DNA of 61,904 bases, filler included, from Thermodesulfobacteriota bacterium (GCA_036381125.1; 9 parts of 9 records of this genome joined end to end with filler, not necessarily neighbours in it), one strand, 5' to 3'; shown: positions 42,224 through 51,479, numbered from the whole stretch's first letter. Notes: generated by a model not told the origin, from the letters alone. Program-made: numbers and translations.

Positions 42224-42958
42224 TCAAACGGCCGCCGCCAGCCTGGCGGCCAGCCGCTGCGCGTCCGCCACGGCATGCCCGTGGGCGTCGTTGTTGAAGT
42301 AGACGAAGGCCGGCCGGGCCGGATTCGCCGCCCCCTCGAGCCAGGCGGCCCAGTCGTCGAGCAGGCGGTCGGGATAGCCCTCGCGCAGCCCCTCGCGCGC
42401 GCCGTGGAGGCGCAGGTAGACGACCGGGCCGGTGACCCACCGCGGCACGTCGATCCCCGCCGCGTCGTGGACGCAGAACCCGACGCCGGCCGACTCGAGC
42501 CGCGTCCGCACGTCGTCGACGAGCCAGGTCGGGTCGCGCACCTCGAGCACGTGCCGGTAGCCCGGCGGCAGCGCCGCCAGGAAGCGGTCGAGGCGCGCGA
42601 GGTCGAGCCGCCACCGGGGCGGCAACTGGTAGAGGATCGGGCCGAGGTGCTCCCCCAGGCCCCGGGCCGCCGCCGTGATCCGCTCGAGGGGGCCCTCGGG
42701 CTCCCCGAGCTTCCGCATGTGCGTGAGGTAGCGGCTCGCCTTGAGCGCGTAGGTGAAGCCGGCCGGCGCCTGCGCGCGCCAGCGCGCGATCACGGCCGCC
42801 GACGGGAGCCGGTAGAAGCTGTAGTTGATCTCGACCGTGTCGAAGCGAGCGGCGTAGTGGGCGAACCAGGCCGGCCGAGGCAGGTCGTCCGGGTAGAAGA
42901 CGCCCCGCCAGTGCGGGTAGTCCCACCCCGAGCAGCCGACGCGTACGGTCCGGCACAT
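42224..42958 (-). CDS. DUF72 (YecE)-family protein
   Basis: VGCSGWDY.HWRG.FYP, FDTVEIN.SFYRLP, ILYQLPP, YLRLHG, YFNND. Confidence 0.94.
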   Translation of the reverse strand: MCRTVRVGCSGWDYPHWRGVFYPDDLPRPAWFAHYAARFDTVEINYSFYRLPSAAVIARWRAQAPAGFTYALKASRYLTHMRKLGEPEGPLERITAAARGLGEHLGPILYQLPPRWRLDLARLDRFLAALPPGYRHVLEVRDPTWLVDDVRTRLESAGVGFCVHDAAGIDVPRWVTGPVVYLRLHGAREGLREGYPDRLLDDWAAWLEGAANPARPAFVYFNNDAHGHAVADAQRLAARLAAAV

Positions 42959-42997
42959 GCCGCCCTGGGTCCTGCACGCGCCGCACCGGCCGCCGTC

Positions 42998-43040
42998 TTG
43001 ACACGACACCGCGGCAAATCTATAACTGACCAGTCAGTTA
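42998..43040 (+). promoter_or_regulatory. Sigma70 promoter TTGACA-N17-TATAAC overlapped by the perfect palindrome TAACTGAC-CA-GTCAGTTA (TetR operator)
   Basis: 8-2-8 palindrome at 43023-43040 immediately upstream of the TetR gene. Confidence 0.85.
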
Positions 43041-43055
43041 CTTTGGAGACCCCCG

Positions 43056-43718
43056 ATGCCGAGCCGCCGCGAGCCCTCCCCACGTCCCGTCCCCCCGCGC
43101 GGCGGCCGGCGCTGGCGCCGCCAGCCCGAGGCAAGACCGCAGCAGATCCTCGACGCGGCACGCCGCACCTTCGCGAGGAAGGGCTACTTCGGCGCCACGC
43201 TCGACGACGTGGCGCGCGAGGCCGGGATCACCAAGGGGACGATCTACCTCTACTACCCGAGCAAGCAGGCGGTCTTCAGCGAGATGGTCCGCGCCTACGC
43301 CGACGAGGTCGTCGGCGAGCTGCGGGCCGATCTCGCAGCAGGCCGGCCGCTCGCCGGCCGCGAGCTGATCCGGCGCCTCGCCACGCAACTGCTGCGCGTC
43401 TTCAGCCGGCCGGAGTACCAGGCAATGGTCCGGTTGATCCTCGGCGAGGCCGGCCGCTTTCCCGACGAGATCGAGACGCTCTACCGCGAGGTGATCCTCA
43501 AGCGGATCGAGGAGGTCGGCCGCTTCCTCGAATCGGCCATGGACCGCGGGGAGGTGCGTCGCATGGACCCGGTCCTCCTCGCGCGGACGCTCCAGGGGCT
43601 GGTCCTCGGCTTCACCATCGTGCAGGAGTCGCTGCGCGGCGGCGCGGCGCACCCGTGGTCGGAGTCGACCATCGCCGACGCGTTCGCCGCCGTCCTCTGG
43701 GAGGGGCTCCGTCCATGA
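43056..43718 (+). CDS. TetR/AcrR-family regulator
   Basis: ILDAARRTFARKGY..ATLDDVAREAGITKGTIYLYY.SK. Confidence 0.95.
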   Translation: MPSRREPSPRPVPPRGGRRWRRQPEARPQQILDAARRTFARKGYFGATLDDVAREAGITKGTIYLYYPSKQAVFSEMVRAYADEVVGELRADLAAGRPLAGRELIRRLATQLLRVFSRPEYQAMVRLILGEAGRFPDEIETLYREVILKRIEEVGRFLESAMDRGEVRRMDPVLLARTLQGLVLGFTIVQESLRGGAAHPWSESTIADAFAAVLWEGLRP

Positions 43719-43834
43719 CCCGCCGACGCCTCCTGGTCGCCCTTGCGCTGATCGCCCTCGTCGTCGCGGCCGCGGCGCTCCTCCGGCACGGCGTCGGCGA
43801 GGGCCCCGAGCCGCTCGTCGCCTCGGGCGTCCTC
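43715..43834 (+). CDS. Probable HlyD-family efflux adaptor, N-terminal fragment (truncated)
   Basis: MTRRRLLVALALIALVV...LVASG; coupled to TetR. Confidence 0.55.
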
Positions 43835-43934
43835 NNNNNNNNNNNNNNNNNNNNNNNNNNNNNNNNNNNNNNNNNNNNTTAATTAATTAANNNNNNNNNN
43901 NNNNNNNNNNNNNNNNNNNNNNNNNNNNNNNNNN

Positions 43935-44530
43935 CGCAGCTTGGTAACGGCGGCCCCGAGCCCGAACGCGACCGCCAGATAGAAGAACGACAGCGTGAAC
44001 AGCACGGCGAGGGTGTAGCGCATCCACTTGCGGTCGAGCGCCTCGGCGCCGTAGTACCAGAGCAGGAACGCCGCGGCCACGGTGATCGGCAGCGTGAAGA
44101 GCGCGGCGAACTCCTTGAACTCGAAGAAGATCCGGTGCACCGCCGGAGCGTTCGCGAGGAAGTACGATCGCGGGCTCGCCGGGTCCTTCGCGCGGTAATA
44201 GATGTAGAGCCAGTTGCCCGCGACGATCGCCAGGAAGGCGAGCGTTGCCGAGACGGTCGAGAGCAGCTGCAGGTCGGCGACCGACCGGACGCGGCCGGTC
44301 CAGAGCTGCCAGGCGAGGTAGAGGCCGACCGTGCCGACGACGAGATAGATGAAGGCCGCCATGGCGTGGTACACGGAGGGCACCGCGCCCCGGCTCTCGC
44401 CCAGCAGATCGGTGAAGGGCGCCGTCAGCAGGGTGAACACCAGCGCCGATCCGAGCAGGATCGCCATGACGAGGATCAGGGATCTGCGGGACGCCTCCCG
44501 CCGGTCCTCGAGGTAAGCCTGACCGATCAT
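43935..44530 (-). CDS. Multi-pass membrane protein of unknown function (3' truncated)
   Basis: About 5 TM helices; YH, NWLYIYYRAK..SPRSYF, VH.IFFEFKE. Confidence 0.75.
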
Positions 44531-44778
44531 GACCCGATCTCCTCTGCGGCCGCCGGTCGCTCGCGGCGAGATGCCCCGCGCCCGTGCGGCGGCCACCACG
44601 TGCGGGACTGCACGTCACCCTGACGAGGATGCAAGAGGGGGACCGGCCGGGAAATCGAGGAGCATCGGGACGTTGCGGGCGAGGGACGGGGCGGCCGCTG
44701 GCGGGGGATGGGACCGGCGCGCCCCGGGCGGGACGGGTCTGCCCCACCAGCCGGGGCTCGTCCGCCGCCTGTGGACCG

Positions 44779-44859
44779 TCACCCCTTGATGTTGCCGATC
44801 GGCACGAACGAGGCGACCTTGCGCGAGATGTCGAGGCCGTGCAGCACGTCGACGACCTC
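44779..44859 (-). repeat. 81-bp second copy of the rtcB 3' end (matches 45397-45477, 79/81), inside a 32-aa mini-ORF at 44779-44877
   Basis: Direct sequence comparison; both mismatches are synonymous. Confidence 0.92.
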
Positions 44860-44891
44860 TCGCGCCTCCGTCGCCATCAGGAGCGCGCGCG

Positions 44892-45383
44892 TTACGGGGG
44901 GGCGCCGACCGGGGTCCGACTCAGTTCGGACCGGGTCGGGCGGCGCAGAGGGCCGGGCGTGGGGACCGTCATCACCGGGCAGGGCGCCGTCCGGATCACC
45001 CGCGCGGCCACGCTCCCGATGACGACGAGCCCGCTGAAGCCGGCGCCGTGGGCCCCCATGACGACGAGGTCCGCCCGCTCGTCGGCCGCGACGCGGACGA
45101 TCTCCTCCGCCGGCGAGCCGCGCCGCAGGAGGCCGCGCACCGCCGTCCCGGAGGCCCCCCGGACGAGGCGCAGCTCGGACTCGAGCTTCGCCTCGGCGAG
45201 CTGCAGGTGGGTGGCGTCCGGCGGCCGGGTCACCATGTCGATGCGCCGGTCCCAGTAGTCCGGCTCGTCGAGGAGGACGTGGACGACCACGACCTCGGCG
45301 GCCAGCAGCCTCGCCAGGCGGATCACCTCGCGCCGCGCCGCGGCGGCCCCCTCGGAGAAGTCCGTGGCGAAGAGGATCCTCAT
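44892..45383 (-). CDS. Universal stress protein (USP)
   Basis: RILFATDFS, GSPAEEIV, DLVVMGAHG, GSVAARVIRTAPCPVMTV. Confidence 0.93.
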   Translation of the reverse strand: MRILFATDFSEGAAAARREVIRLARLLAAEVVVVHVLLDEPDYWDRRIDMVTRPPDATHLQLAEAKLESELRLVRGASGTAVRGLLRRGSPAEEIVRVAADERADLVVMGAHGAGFSGLVVIGSVAARVIRTAPCPVMTVPTPGPLRRPTRSELSRTPVGAPP

Positions 45384-45396
45384 CGAGGGCGCCTCC

Positions 45397-46839
45397 TCAC
45401 CCCTTGATGTTCCCGATCGGCACGAACGAGGCGACCTTGCGCGAGATATCGAGGCCGTGCAGCACGTCGACGACCTCCCCGAGGTCCTTGTAGGCGAAGC
45501 CGGCCTCCTCCGCGAGGCCGCTGAACGAGGCCGCGCGGACGATGACGCCTCGCGCCTCCATCGCCTTCAGGAGCGCGCGCGGCTTCACCCGCGCTTTGGC
45601 CGCGTGCCGCGACATCGTCCGCCCCGCGCCGTGGGCGGTCGAGCCGAAGGTCTCGCGCATCGCGCGCTCGGTGCCGACGAGCAGCGCCGAGCCGGTCTCC
45701 ATGGAGCCGCCGATGATCACCGGCTGGCCCGTGGCCGCGTAGGCGGCGGGCAGGTCGGGCGCCCCCGGGCCGAACGCGCGGGTCGCCCCCTTGCGGTGCA
45801 CGACCAGCTCGACCTCCTCGCCGTCGACCTCGTAGCGCTCGAGCTTCGCGGTGTTGTGCGAGACGTCGTAGACGACCTCGAGGCCGAGCGCCCTGGCGTC
45901 GCTCCCGAAGATCGACGCCATCACCTCCCTGACGCGGTGCGTGATGACCTGACGGTTGGCGAAGGCCACGTTGGCCGCGGCGTTCATCGCGCCGAAGTAG
46001 TCCTGGCCTTCCGGCGAGCGGAACGGCGCGCAGGCCAGCTCGCGGTCCGGCACCCTGATGCCGTAGCGCGGCATCGCCTCGTCGAAGCGGCGCAGGTAGT
46101 CGGTGCCGACCTGATGGCCGAAGCCGCGCGACCCGCAGTGGAACATGACGACCACCTGGCCCTCGCGCTCGATGCCGAACGCCGCCGCGAGGCGCGGATC
46201 GTGGATCCCTCCGGGAGGCACCACCTGGATCTCGAGGTAGTGGTTGCCCGAGCCGAGCGTGCCGAGCTGATGGCGGCCCCGCTCGACGGCGCGCTCGCTG
46301 ATGGCGGCCGGCTCGGCCCCCGGCAGGCAGCCGCCGCCCTCCGTCCGCTCGAGGTCCTCGGGCCAGCCGAGCCCACGCGCCACGCTCCAGCGCGCCCCCT
46401 CGCGCATGACCGCGGGCAGCTCGTCGGCCGGGACCTCCACGAACCCCTTCGCGCCGGTCCCCGAGGGGACCTCCGCGAACAGCGCCTCCACGAGCTCCCT
46501 CAGCCGCGGCCGCACGTCGGCCTCGGTGAGCGACGTCCGCATGAGCCGCATCCCGCAGTTGATGTCGAAGCCGATGCCCCCCGGCGAGATCACGCCCGTG
46601 TCCGCGCGGAAGGCGGCGACGCCGCCGATCGGGAAGCCGTAGCCCCGGTGGCCGTCCGGCATGCAGAGCGCGGCCCGGACGATCCCCGGCAGGCAGGCGA
46701 CGTTGGAGAGCTGCTCGAAGACGCCCTCGTCCATCTGGTCGAGCAGCGCGGGCGAGGCGAAGATCCGCCCGGGCACCCGCATGCCCGGCCGGGTCGACGT
46801 CGGGATCTCCCACACGAACTCGTCGAGTCGCGTCAGCAT
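45397..46839 (-). CDS. rtcB: RNA 2',3'-cyclic phosphate ligase RtcB (archease-associated type)
   Basis: MPDGH.GYGFPIGGV, GFDINCG, GTLGSGNHYLE, HCGSRG, HRKGATR, STAHGAGR, EEA..AYK. Confidence 0.97.
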   Translation of the reverse strand: MLTRLDEFVWEIPTSTRPGMRVPGRIFASPALLDQMDEGVFEQLSNVACLPGIVRAALCMPDGHRGYGFPIGGVAAFRADTGVISPGGIGFDINCGMRLMRTSLTEADVRPRLRELVEALFAEVPSGTGAKGFVEVPADELPAVMREGARWSVARGLGWPEDLERTEGGGCLPGAEPAAISERAVERGRHQLGTLGSGNHYLEIQVVPPGGIHDPRLAAAFGIEREGQVVVMFHCGSRGFGHQVGTDYLRRFDEAMPRYGIRVPDRELACAPFRSPEGQDYFGAMNAAANVAFANRQVITHRVREVMASIFGSDARALGLEVVYDVSHNTAKLERYEVDGEEVELVVHRKGATRAFGPGAPDLPAAYAATGQPVIIGGSMETGSALLVGTERAMRETFGSTAHGAGRTMSRHAAKARVKPRALLKAMEARGVIVRAASFSGLAEEAGFAYKDLGEVVDVLHGLDISRKVASFVPIGNIKG

Positions 46840-46851
46840 GGCCACCACCTC

Positions 46852-47235
46852 TCAGATGTCGACGACGAAGCACGCCCGCCAGCCGCGATCGCCGCGCTCG
46901 AGGGTGAACTGGTGAAAGGTCACCGCCTTGGGATCGCGCCGGCGAGCGGTGCGAGGCGACGCGAGCGAGCCGCCGCGCAGGCGCGCCGTGAGCCGAACGT
47001 CGCCGTTGCCCGAGACGCGCACCTCCACGTCCGGGAAGACCTCCTGGTCCCGGTCCTTGCGGAGGATCAGCTCGGAGAGCCAATCGTACAGCAGCAGGTC
47101 CTCGCGCGAGGCCGACAGCGACACCGTTCGCTCGACGGTGAGCGGCACCGTGCGCGGATCGGCCATCAGCACGGCGACGGCCTGGGCTGCGGTCGCGAAG
47201 AGGTCGTCCAGGTCCCGGCCGGTCACCTCGATCGC
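46852..47235 (-). CDS. Archease (RtcB cofactor), 5' truncated
   Basis: LF..AA.A, EDLLLYDWLSELI, KAVTFH, VVDI C-terminus; directly upstream of rtcB. Confidence 0.92.
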   Translation of the reverse strand, partial: AIEVTGRDLDDLFATAAQAVAVLMADPRTVPLTVERTVSLSASREDLLLYDWLSELILRKDRDQEVFPDVEVRVSGNGDVRLTARLRGGSLASPRTARRRDPKAVTFHQFTLERGDRGWRACFVVDI

Positions 47236-47337
47236 NNNNNNNNNNNNNNNNNNNNNNNNNNNNNNNNNNNNNNNNNNNNTTAATTAATTAANNNNNNNNN
47301 NNNNNNNNNNNNNNNNNNNNNNNNNNNNNNNNNNNTC

Positions 47338-47502
47338 CTGCGCCGCGACGCCGCCCCAGGCGGGACGCTCTACCTCTCCCGGATCCGGGAGGCGATCTCG
47401 ATCGCGGCGGGCGAGGCGAACCACACGCTCATCGCCCCCGTGGCCGATGTCGTCCGCGGGCCTGGCGAGCTCGCCGTGCTCGGCACGATCACCTGGAGCT
47501 AG
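47338..47502 (+). CDS. Baseplate J (Mu gp47-like), C-terminal fragment
   Basis: PGGTLYLSRIREAISIAAGEANH...P.ADV...GELAVLGTITW*. Confidence 0.82.
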   Translation: MRRDAAPGGTLYLSRIREAISIAAGEANHTLIAPVADVVRGPGELAVLGTITWS

Positions 47503-47505
47503 CCG

Positions 47506-48078
47506 ATGCGCCTCACGGCCGACGACTACCGCGCCGCGCTCCAGGCCCTCCTCCCGACGGGGCTCGTGTGGCCGCGCGACCCGGACGCGACCTGGACGGC
47601 GCTGCTCGCGGCCCTCGCCGATGAGCTGGCCCGGTGCCACGACGCGGCCGAGCGGCTCGTCGACGACGCCGATCCGCGCACCGTCGATGCGCTGCTCCCC
47701 GACTGGGAGACGCTCTGCGGCCTCGTCCCGTCCCCGGACGCGCCGGCGGCGGCGCGGCGCGAGGCCGTGCTCCTCGTCCTGGCCCTGCGCGGCGGGCAGA
47801 CACCGCAGTACTTCATCGACCTCGCGGCGGCCGCGGGCTTCACGGTGACCGTTGAGGAGTTCGACCCGTTCATGGCCGGGTCCACGGCCGGGTCGCTCCT
47901 GTACGGCGACGCCTGGCAGTTCGCCTGGCGGGTCACGACGCTCGAGGCCCAGGTGACGGCGTTCACGGCGGGCGCGCGCGCGGGCGAGGCGCTCACGACC
48001 CTCAACCTCGGCGACCTGCCCGCGCTGATCGCGCGGCGCCAGCCGGCCCACACGCACGTGCTCTACGCGGTGGCCTGA
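47506..48078 (+). CDS. Mu gp48/YmfQ (DUF2313) baseplate protein
   Basis: LQALLPTG.VWP, DPRT..LLPDWE, GGQTPQYFIDLA, PAHT. Confidence 0.88.
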   Translation: MRLTADDYRAALQALLPTGLVWPRDPDATWTALLAALADELARCHDAAERLVDDADPRTVDALLPDWETLCGLVPSPDAPAAARREAVLLVLALRGGQTPQYFIDLAAAAGFTVTVEEFDPFMAGSTAGSLLYGDAWQFAWRVTTLEAQVTAFTAGARAGEALTTLNLGDLPALIARRQPAHTHVLYAVA

Positions 48079-48089
48079 GGGAGGCTCCC

Positions 48090-48854
48090 ATGCATCGGAT
48101 CGACGGATTCGGCCACGTCGGCAATCTCTTCACCGAGGGCGACCCGCAGATCGGCCAGCCGGCGACGCGGGTGACCGACGACTGGCTGAACGACGTCCAG
48201 GAGAACCTGATGGCGGTCCTCCTCGACGGTGGGATCGCGCCCACCAAAGGTCGGGCCGAGGACCTCCGCGACGCGATCCGCAACATGATCCTTACCCTGC
48301 AGGGCTTCACGACGGGCGACGTCAAACCGACGCTCAAGGCCGTGGCCGATCCCGGCTGGGTCATGCTGAACGACGGCTCGATCGGCAACGCGAGCTCGGG
48401 CGCGACGACGCGCGCGCACGCCGACACCGAGGCGCTCTTCACGTTGCTCTGGACGAACGTGACGAACAGCTGGTGTCCGGTCCAGGACTCGATGGGCACG
48501 CCGGTGGCGCGGGGCGCCTCCGCCGCGGCCGACTTCGCGGCGAACCGACGGCTCGTGCTCCCGAAGGCGCTCGGCCGCGCGCTCGGTGCCGCCGGTGCCG
48601 GCGCCGGCCTGACCGCGCGCTCGCTCGGGCAGATCCTGGGCGAAGAGGCGCATGCGCTGACTTCGGACGAGAACGGGCCGCATACCCACACCGAGCAGCG
48701 CTGGACGAACAGCAACGATGCCAACTTCGCCAACAACGGCTCGAACATCCGCATAAACACCTTGATAACGCAGAACAGCGGCTCCTCCGGCAGCGGCACG
48801 CCGCACAACAACATGCAGCCGACGCTGTTCGTGAACTGGATGATCAAGCTCTAG
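48090..48854 (+). CDS. Phage tail fibre/collar protein
   Basis: MHRID...FTEGDP...ATRVTDDWLNDVQE (Mu-like fibre N-terminus); GEEAHALT..E...HTH...HNNMQP. Confidence 0.85.
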   Translation: MHRIDGFGHVGNLFTEGDPQIGQPATRVTDDWLNDVQENLMAVLLDGGIAPTKGRAEDLRDAIRNMILTLQGFTTGDVKPTLKAVADPGWVMLNDGSIGNASSGATTRAHADTEALFTLLWTNVTNSWCPVQDSMGTPVARGASAAADFAANRRLVLPKALGRALGAAGAGAGLTARSLGQILGEEAHALTSDENGPHTHTEQRWTNSNDANFANNGSNIRINTLITQNSGSSGSGTPHNNMQPTLFVNWMIKL

Positions 48855-48864
48855 GAGGCTCCGC

Positions 48865-49158
48865 GTGGAGACATGGTTCCACCATCACCCCGACGGCCTG
48901 ATCGTCGTGCGCGGCGATGCCGGCGTGTACGGCGCCGATCTCGCCACCTTCGCGGCCGACTGCACGGCGCTCGGGCTCCCGGCCTACGAGGGAGTGCCCG
49001 TCGGGATGCGCGAGCGCCGGTACACGCCGGGCCAGCGCCACACCCTGCACGACGCCACGTCGCAGTACGGCGCCGCGATCCCGTGGCCCGCGGGGGACGC
49101 CTACTGCACGGCGCTCCCCGACCTGCTCGCCGCCCAGGCGGCGCGCGAGTCGGCCTGA
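48865..49158 (+). CDS. Hypothetical phage protein (possible tail-fibre chaperone)
   Basis: RBS AGGAGG; located after the tail fibre gene. Confidence 0.55.
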   Translation: METWFHHHPDGLIVVRGDAGVYGADLATFAADCTALGLPAYEGVPVGMRERRYTPGQRHTLHDATSQYGAAIPWPAGDAYCTALPDLLAAQAARESA

Positions 49159-49175
49159 CGACCGCGAGGGCGACG

Positions 49176-49508
49176 ATGGCGAACGGCGACGGTGGGCTCT
49201 CGTGGTTCGGCCTCCTCAAGGGGGCGCTCGGCGGCTCGGAGATCCTCTGGACGCGGGCCCTCCTCGTGGCGCTCCTCGGCGTCCTGGTCGCGCTCATCAC
49301 CGGCTGGGGGCCGTCGCCACTCTACAGCGACGTGCAGACGATCAAGGCCGATGTCGGCGGCCTCCGGGAGGCGGTCCGACAGGAGGCCGCGTTCATGTAC
49401 CTCGACTGCCTCCGCGCTGCGCGGGATGCCGGGGAGCGGGCCCTCTGTCGCCAGGCGCAGCGGGGTGAGCCGTTCGAGGCGGGCGACCTCGATCGCGGAG
49501 GGCGGTGA
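49176..49508 (+). CDS. Hypothetical phage membrane protein (holin/antiholin candidate)
   Basis: One clear TM helix; immediately before the endolysin. Confidence 0.5.
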   Translation: MANGDGGLSWFGLLKGALGGSEILWTRALLVALLGVLVALITGWGPSPLYSDVQTIKADVGGLREAVRQEAAFMYLDCLRAARDAGERALCRQAQRGEPFEAGDLDRGGR

Positions 49509-50017
49509 TGGCGCGCTTCGATCCGCCGGCGGTGCCGAAGCCCGCGTTCTGGCCCGAGCTCGTTCTGCCGCGGCCCCCCGACGACGCGGCCTGGCTAGCC
49601 CTCACGATCCGCATGGAGGCCGGCGCGGAGCGCTGGGAGGGGAAGCTCGCGGTCGCGTACGTCATCGTTGGGCGCGCACGGCGCACGAAGGCCTCCATCG
49701 TCGACACCGTGCTCAAGGCCTGGCAGTTCTCGGCCTGGAACACCGAGGAGCCGACGCGCAAGCTCCTCGACACGATCCCGCCGGAGCTCTGGGCCGAGTG
49801 CTACTTCGCCGGCCTCGCCGCGCTCGGGGGGTTCTTGCCGGATCCGAGCCGTGGCGCCTCGCACTACCTGAACCCGGTCGCGACGGCGAAGGCCCGGCGC
49901 GCGAAGGGCTGGAGCCCCTACCCGGACTGGGCGACGGACCCGGCGGACAAGGAGCGCCTCGACGAGCGGCGCATCACGGCCTGGATCGACAACCACGTCT
50001 TCATGGCCGTGGACTGA
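49508..50017 (+). CDS. SleB/Hydrolase_2-family cell-wall hydrolase (putative endolysin)
   Basis: LALTIRMEAGAE...GKLAVAYVI..R, WQFSAWN, DPSRGASHYLNP, IDNHVF. Confidence 0.85.
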   Translation: MARFDPPAVPKPAFWPELVLPRPPDDAAWLALTIRMEAGAERWEGKLAVAYVIVGRARRTKASIVDTVLKAWQFSAWNTEEPTRKLLDTIPPELWAECYFAGLAALGGFLPDPSRGASHYLNPVATAKARRAKGWSPYPDWATDPADKERLDERRITAWIDNHVFMAVD

Positions 50018-50262
50018 TGCGCGACGACGCGACCCGCATGCGCGAGCAGGGCGAAATGGTCGCCCACCTGGGGGCGGCCGGTCTGGCGTGGAGCGAGGCC
50101 GGCGTCCTCGTGTCGCTGGCCCTCGACGCGCTCGGCAAGCCCCGGGCGGCCCGCGTCGTACGGCTTACGTCGGCGGCCGTCCTCGTCGGGGTCTTCACCG
50201 CATACCACCTCGCGGCCGTGCGCCGGCATCGCGAGGCGAGCCGTGCGAATGGGGGCGCCTGA
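50017..50262 (+). CDS. Hypothetical phage membrane protein (81 aa)
   Basis: Two hydrophobic stretches; TGATG coupling on both sides. Confidence 0.5.
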   Translation: MRDDATRMREQGEMVAHLGAAGLAWSEAGVLVSLALDALGKPRAARVVRLTSAAVLVGVFTAYHLAAVRRHREASRANGGA

Positions 50263-50873
50263 TGCCCTGGCCACTGATCCTCCTCACCGAGACGCCCCGC
50301 ACGCGGCGCGCACTGCGACGCTTCACCTGGGGCGCTCGGCCCGGCGACCTGCCCCAGGCCGGGCACGCGGGCTGCCAGGCGGCGAAGCCCTGGCCGGACG
50401 GCTACAACCCCGGCCACGACGCCGCGGTACCGATCGAGGACGGGATCGCCGAGGATTACATCGAAAACGGCCGGCGCTACTGGCGCTCAAGCGGCGAGGA
50501 GGTCCCGCGCACCGACTCGCGGTGGCCGACGACGTGCCGGTGCGGCTACGTCTTCGCCCCGGACGACCAGTGGCAGGTGGCCGCCGAGCGGATCTACACG
50601 CGCGCGGACACGGGGGCCGAGGTCACGCTCCGCGACGCCCCGATCGGGGCGTGCTGGCGCGCCTGGTGGCTCGAGGACGTCGGCGGGTGGAGTAAGCCCC
50701 GCTATGGAGCGCTGATCGCCAGGTGTCCGGGTGGCCATGACTGGACGATCACCGGGCCGGCCTCGAACGGGCCCGGGTGGATCATCACCGGCGAGCTGCC
50801 CCGCATCACGGCGCGGCCGTCGATCGCGACGCCGACCTACCACCTCGAAGGGAGGCGCTATGCGCCTGCGTGA
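50262..50873 (+). CDS. Hypothetical Cys/His-rich phage protein with a DUF6527-like C-terminus
   Basis: CRCGY, CPGGHDW, GW.ITGE.PRITARPSI...YH. Confidence 0.55.
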   Translation: MPWPLILLTETPRTRRALRRFTWGARPGDLPQAGHAGCQAAKPWPDGYNPGHDAAVPIEDGIAEDYIENGRRYWRSSGEEVPRTDSRWPTTCRCGYVFAPDDQWQVAAERIYTRADTGAEVTLRDAPIGACWRAWWLEDVGGWSKPRYGALIARCPGGHDWTITGPASNGPGWIITGELPRITARPSIATPTYHLEGRRYAPA

Positions 50874-51102
50874 TCTCGTCACCGAGCCCGGTAGCCGGAA
50901 GCTCTCGCAGCGGAAGCTCTGGACGAACGTCGCCTACCTGGTGGCCACGGTCGTCGTGCTCTGGCACGCCTGGACGGGCCAGCTCACCGAGACGGTGCTC
51001 GTCATCTACCTCGCCGTCGTCGGCGGCTCGGCGTTGGCGTCGAAGGTCATCGCCGCTCGGTTCGGCGCCACGCCGCCGACCGACCCGCCCGAGCCGCGCT
51101 GA
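50860..51102 (+). CDS. Two-TM holin-like protein
   Basis: KLSQRKLWTNVAYLVATVVVLW...IYLAVVGG..ASK; directly before the spanins. Confidence 0.6.
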   Translation: MRLRDLVTEPGSRKLSQRKLWTNVAYLVATVVVLWHAWTGQLTETVLVIYLAVVGGSALASKVIAARFGATPPTDPPEPR

Positions 51103-51479
51103 TGCCGGCGCTGCTCTGGCTCGTCGCGCGGCCGCCGCTCGCAATCGGCCTGGTCGTGGCCCTGGCGGCGCTGACGTTCGGCGGCATCCAGTGGAGCCGG
51201 GCCGCCGTCGTGACGCGGCAGCGCGACCAGGCCCGCGCCGAGCTCGCGCTCGCGAAGGCGGACCTCGCCCGGCAGACGGCGGCCGTCCAGACCTGGCAGG
51301 CGAAGGCGGCCGCGCAGGCCTCCGCCGCGGCCGAGGCGCAGCGCGCCGCGGCCGTCGCCCGGCAGCGGCATGAGCTCGAGCTCCGCCGGCTCCTCGAGGC
51401 CGAGGTGCCGGCGACGTGCGAGGGCGCGGTCGAGTGGGGCGCGCAGCAGGCGGGCGCGCTCGCGGAGGGGTGGCGGTGA
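51102..51479 (+). CDS. Inner-membrane spanin (Rz-like)
   Basis: N-terminal TM, Ala/Gln-rich coiled coil, C-terminal Cys; followed by a lipoprotein. Confidence 0.7.
   Translation: MPALLWLVARPPLAIGLVVALAALTFGGIQWSRAAVVTRQRDQARAELALAKADLARQTAAVQTWQAKAAAQASAAAEAQRAAAVARQRHELELRRLLEAEVPATCEGAVEWGAQQAGALAEGWR

Noticed and set aside
42998..43834. TetR with a perfect operator before an efflux adaptor
   Set aside because: Textbook autoregulated efflux arrangement; listed as a feature, not novel.
48090..48854. Diversity-generating retroelement suggested by AAC-rich codons
   Set aside because: No template/variable repeat pair and no reverse transcriptase in the window.
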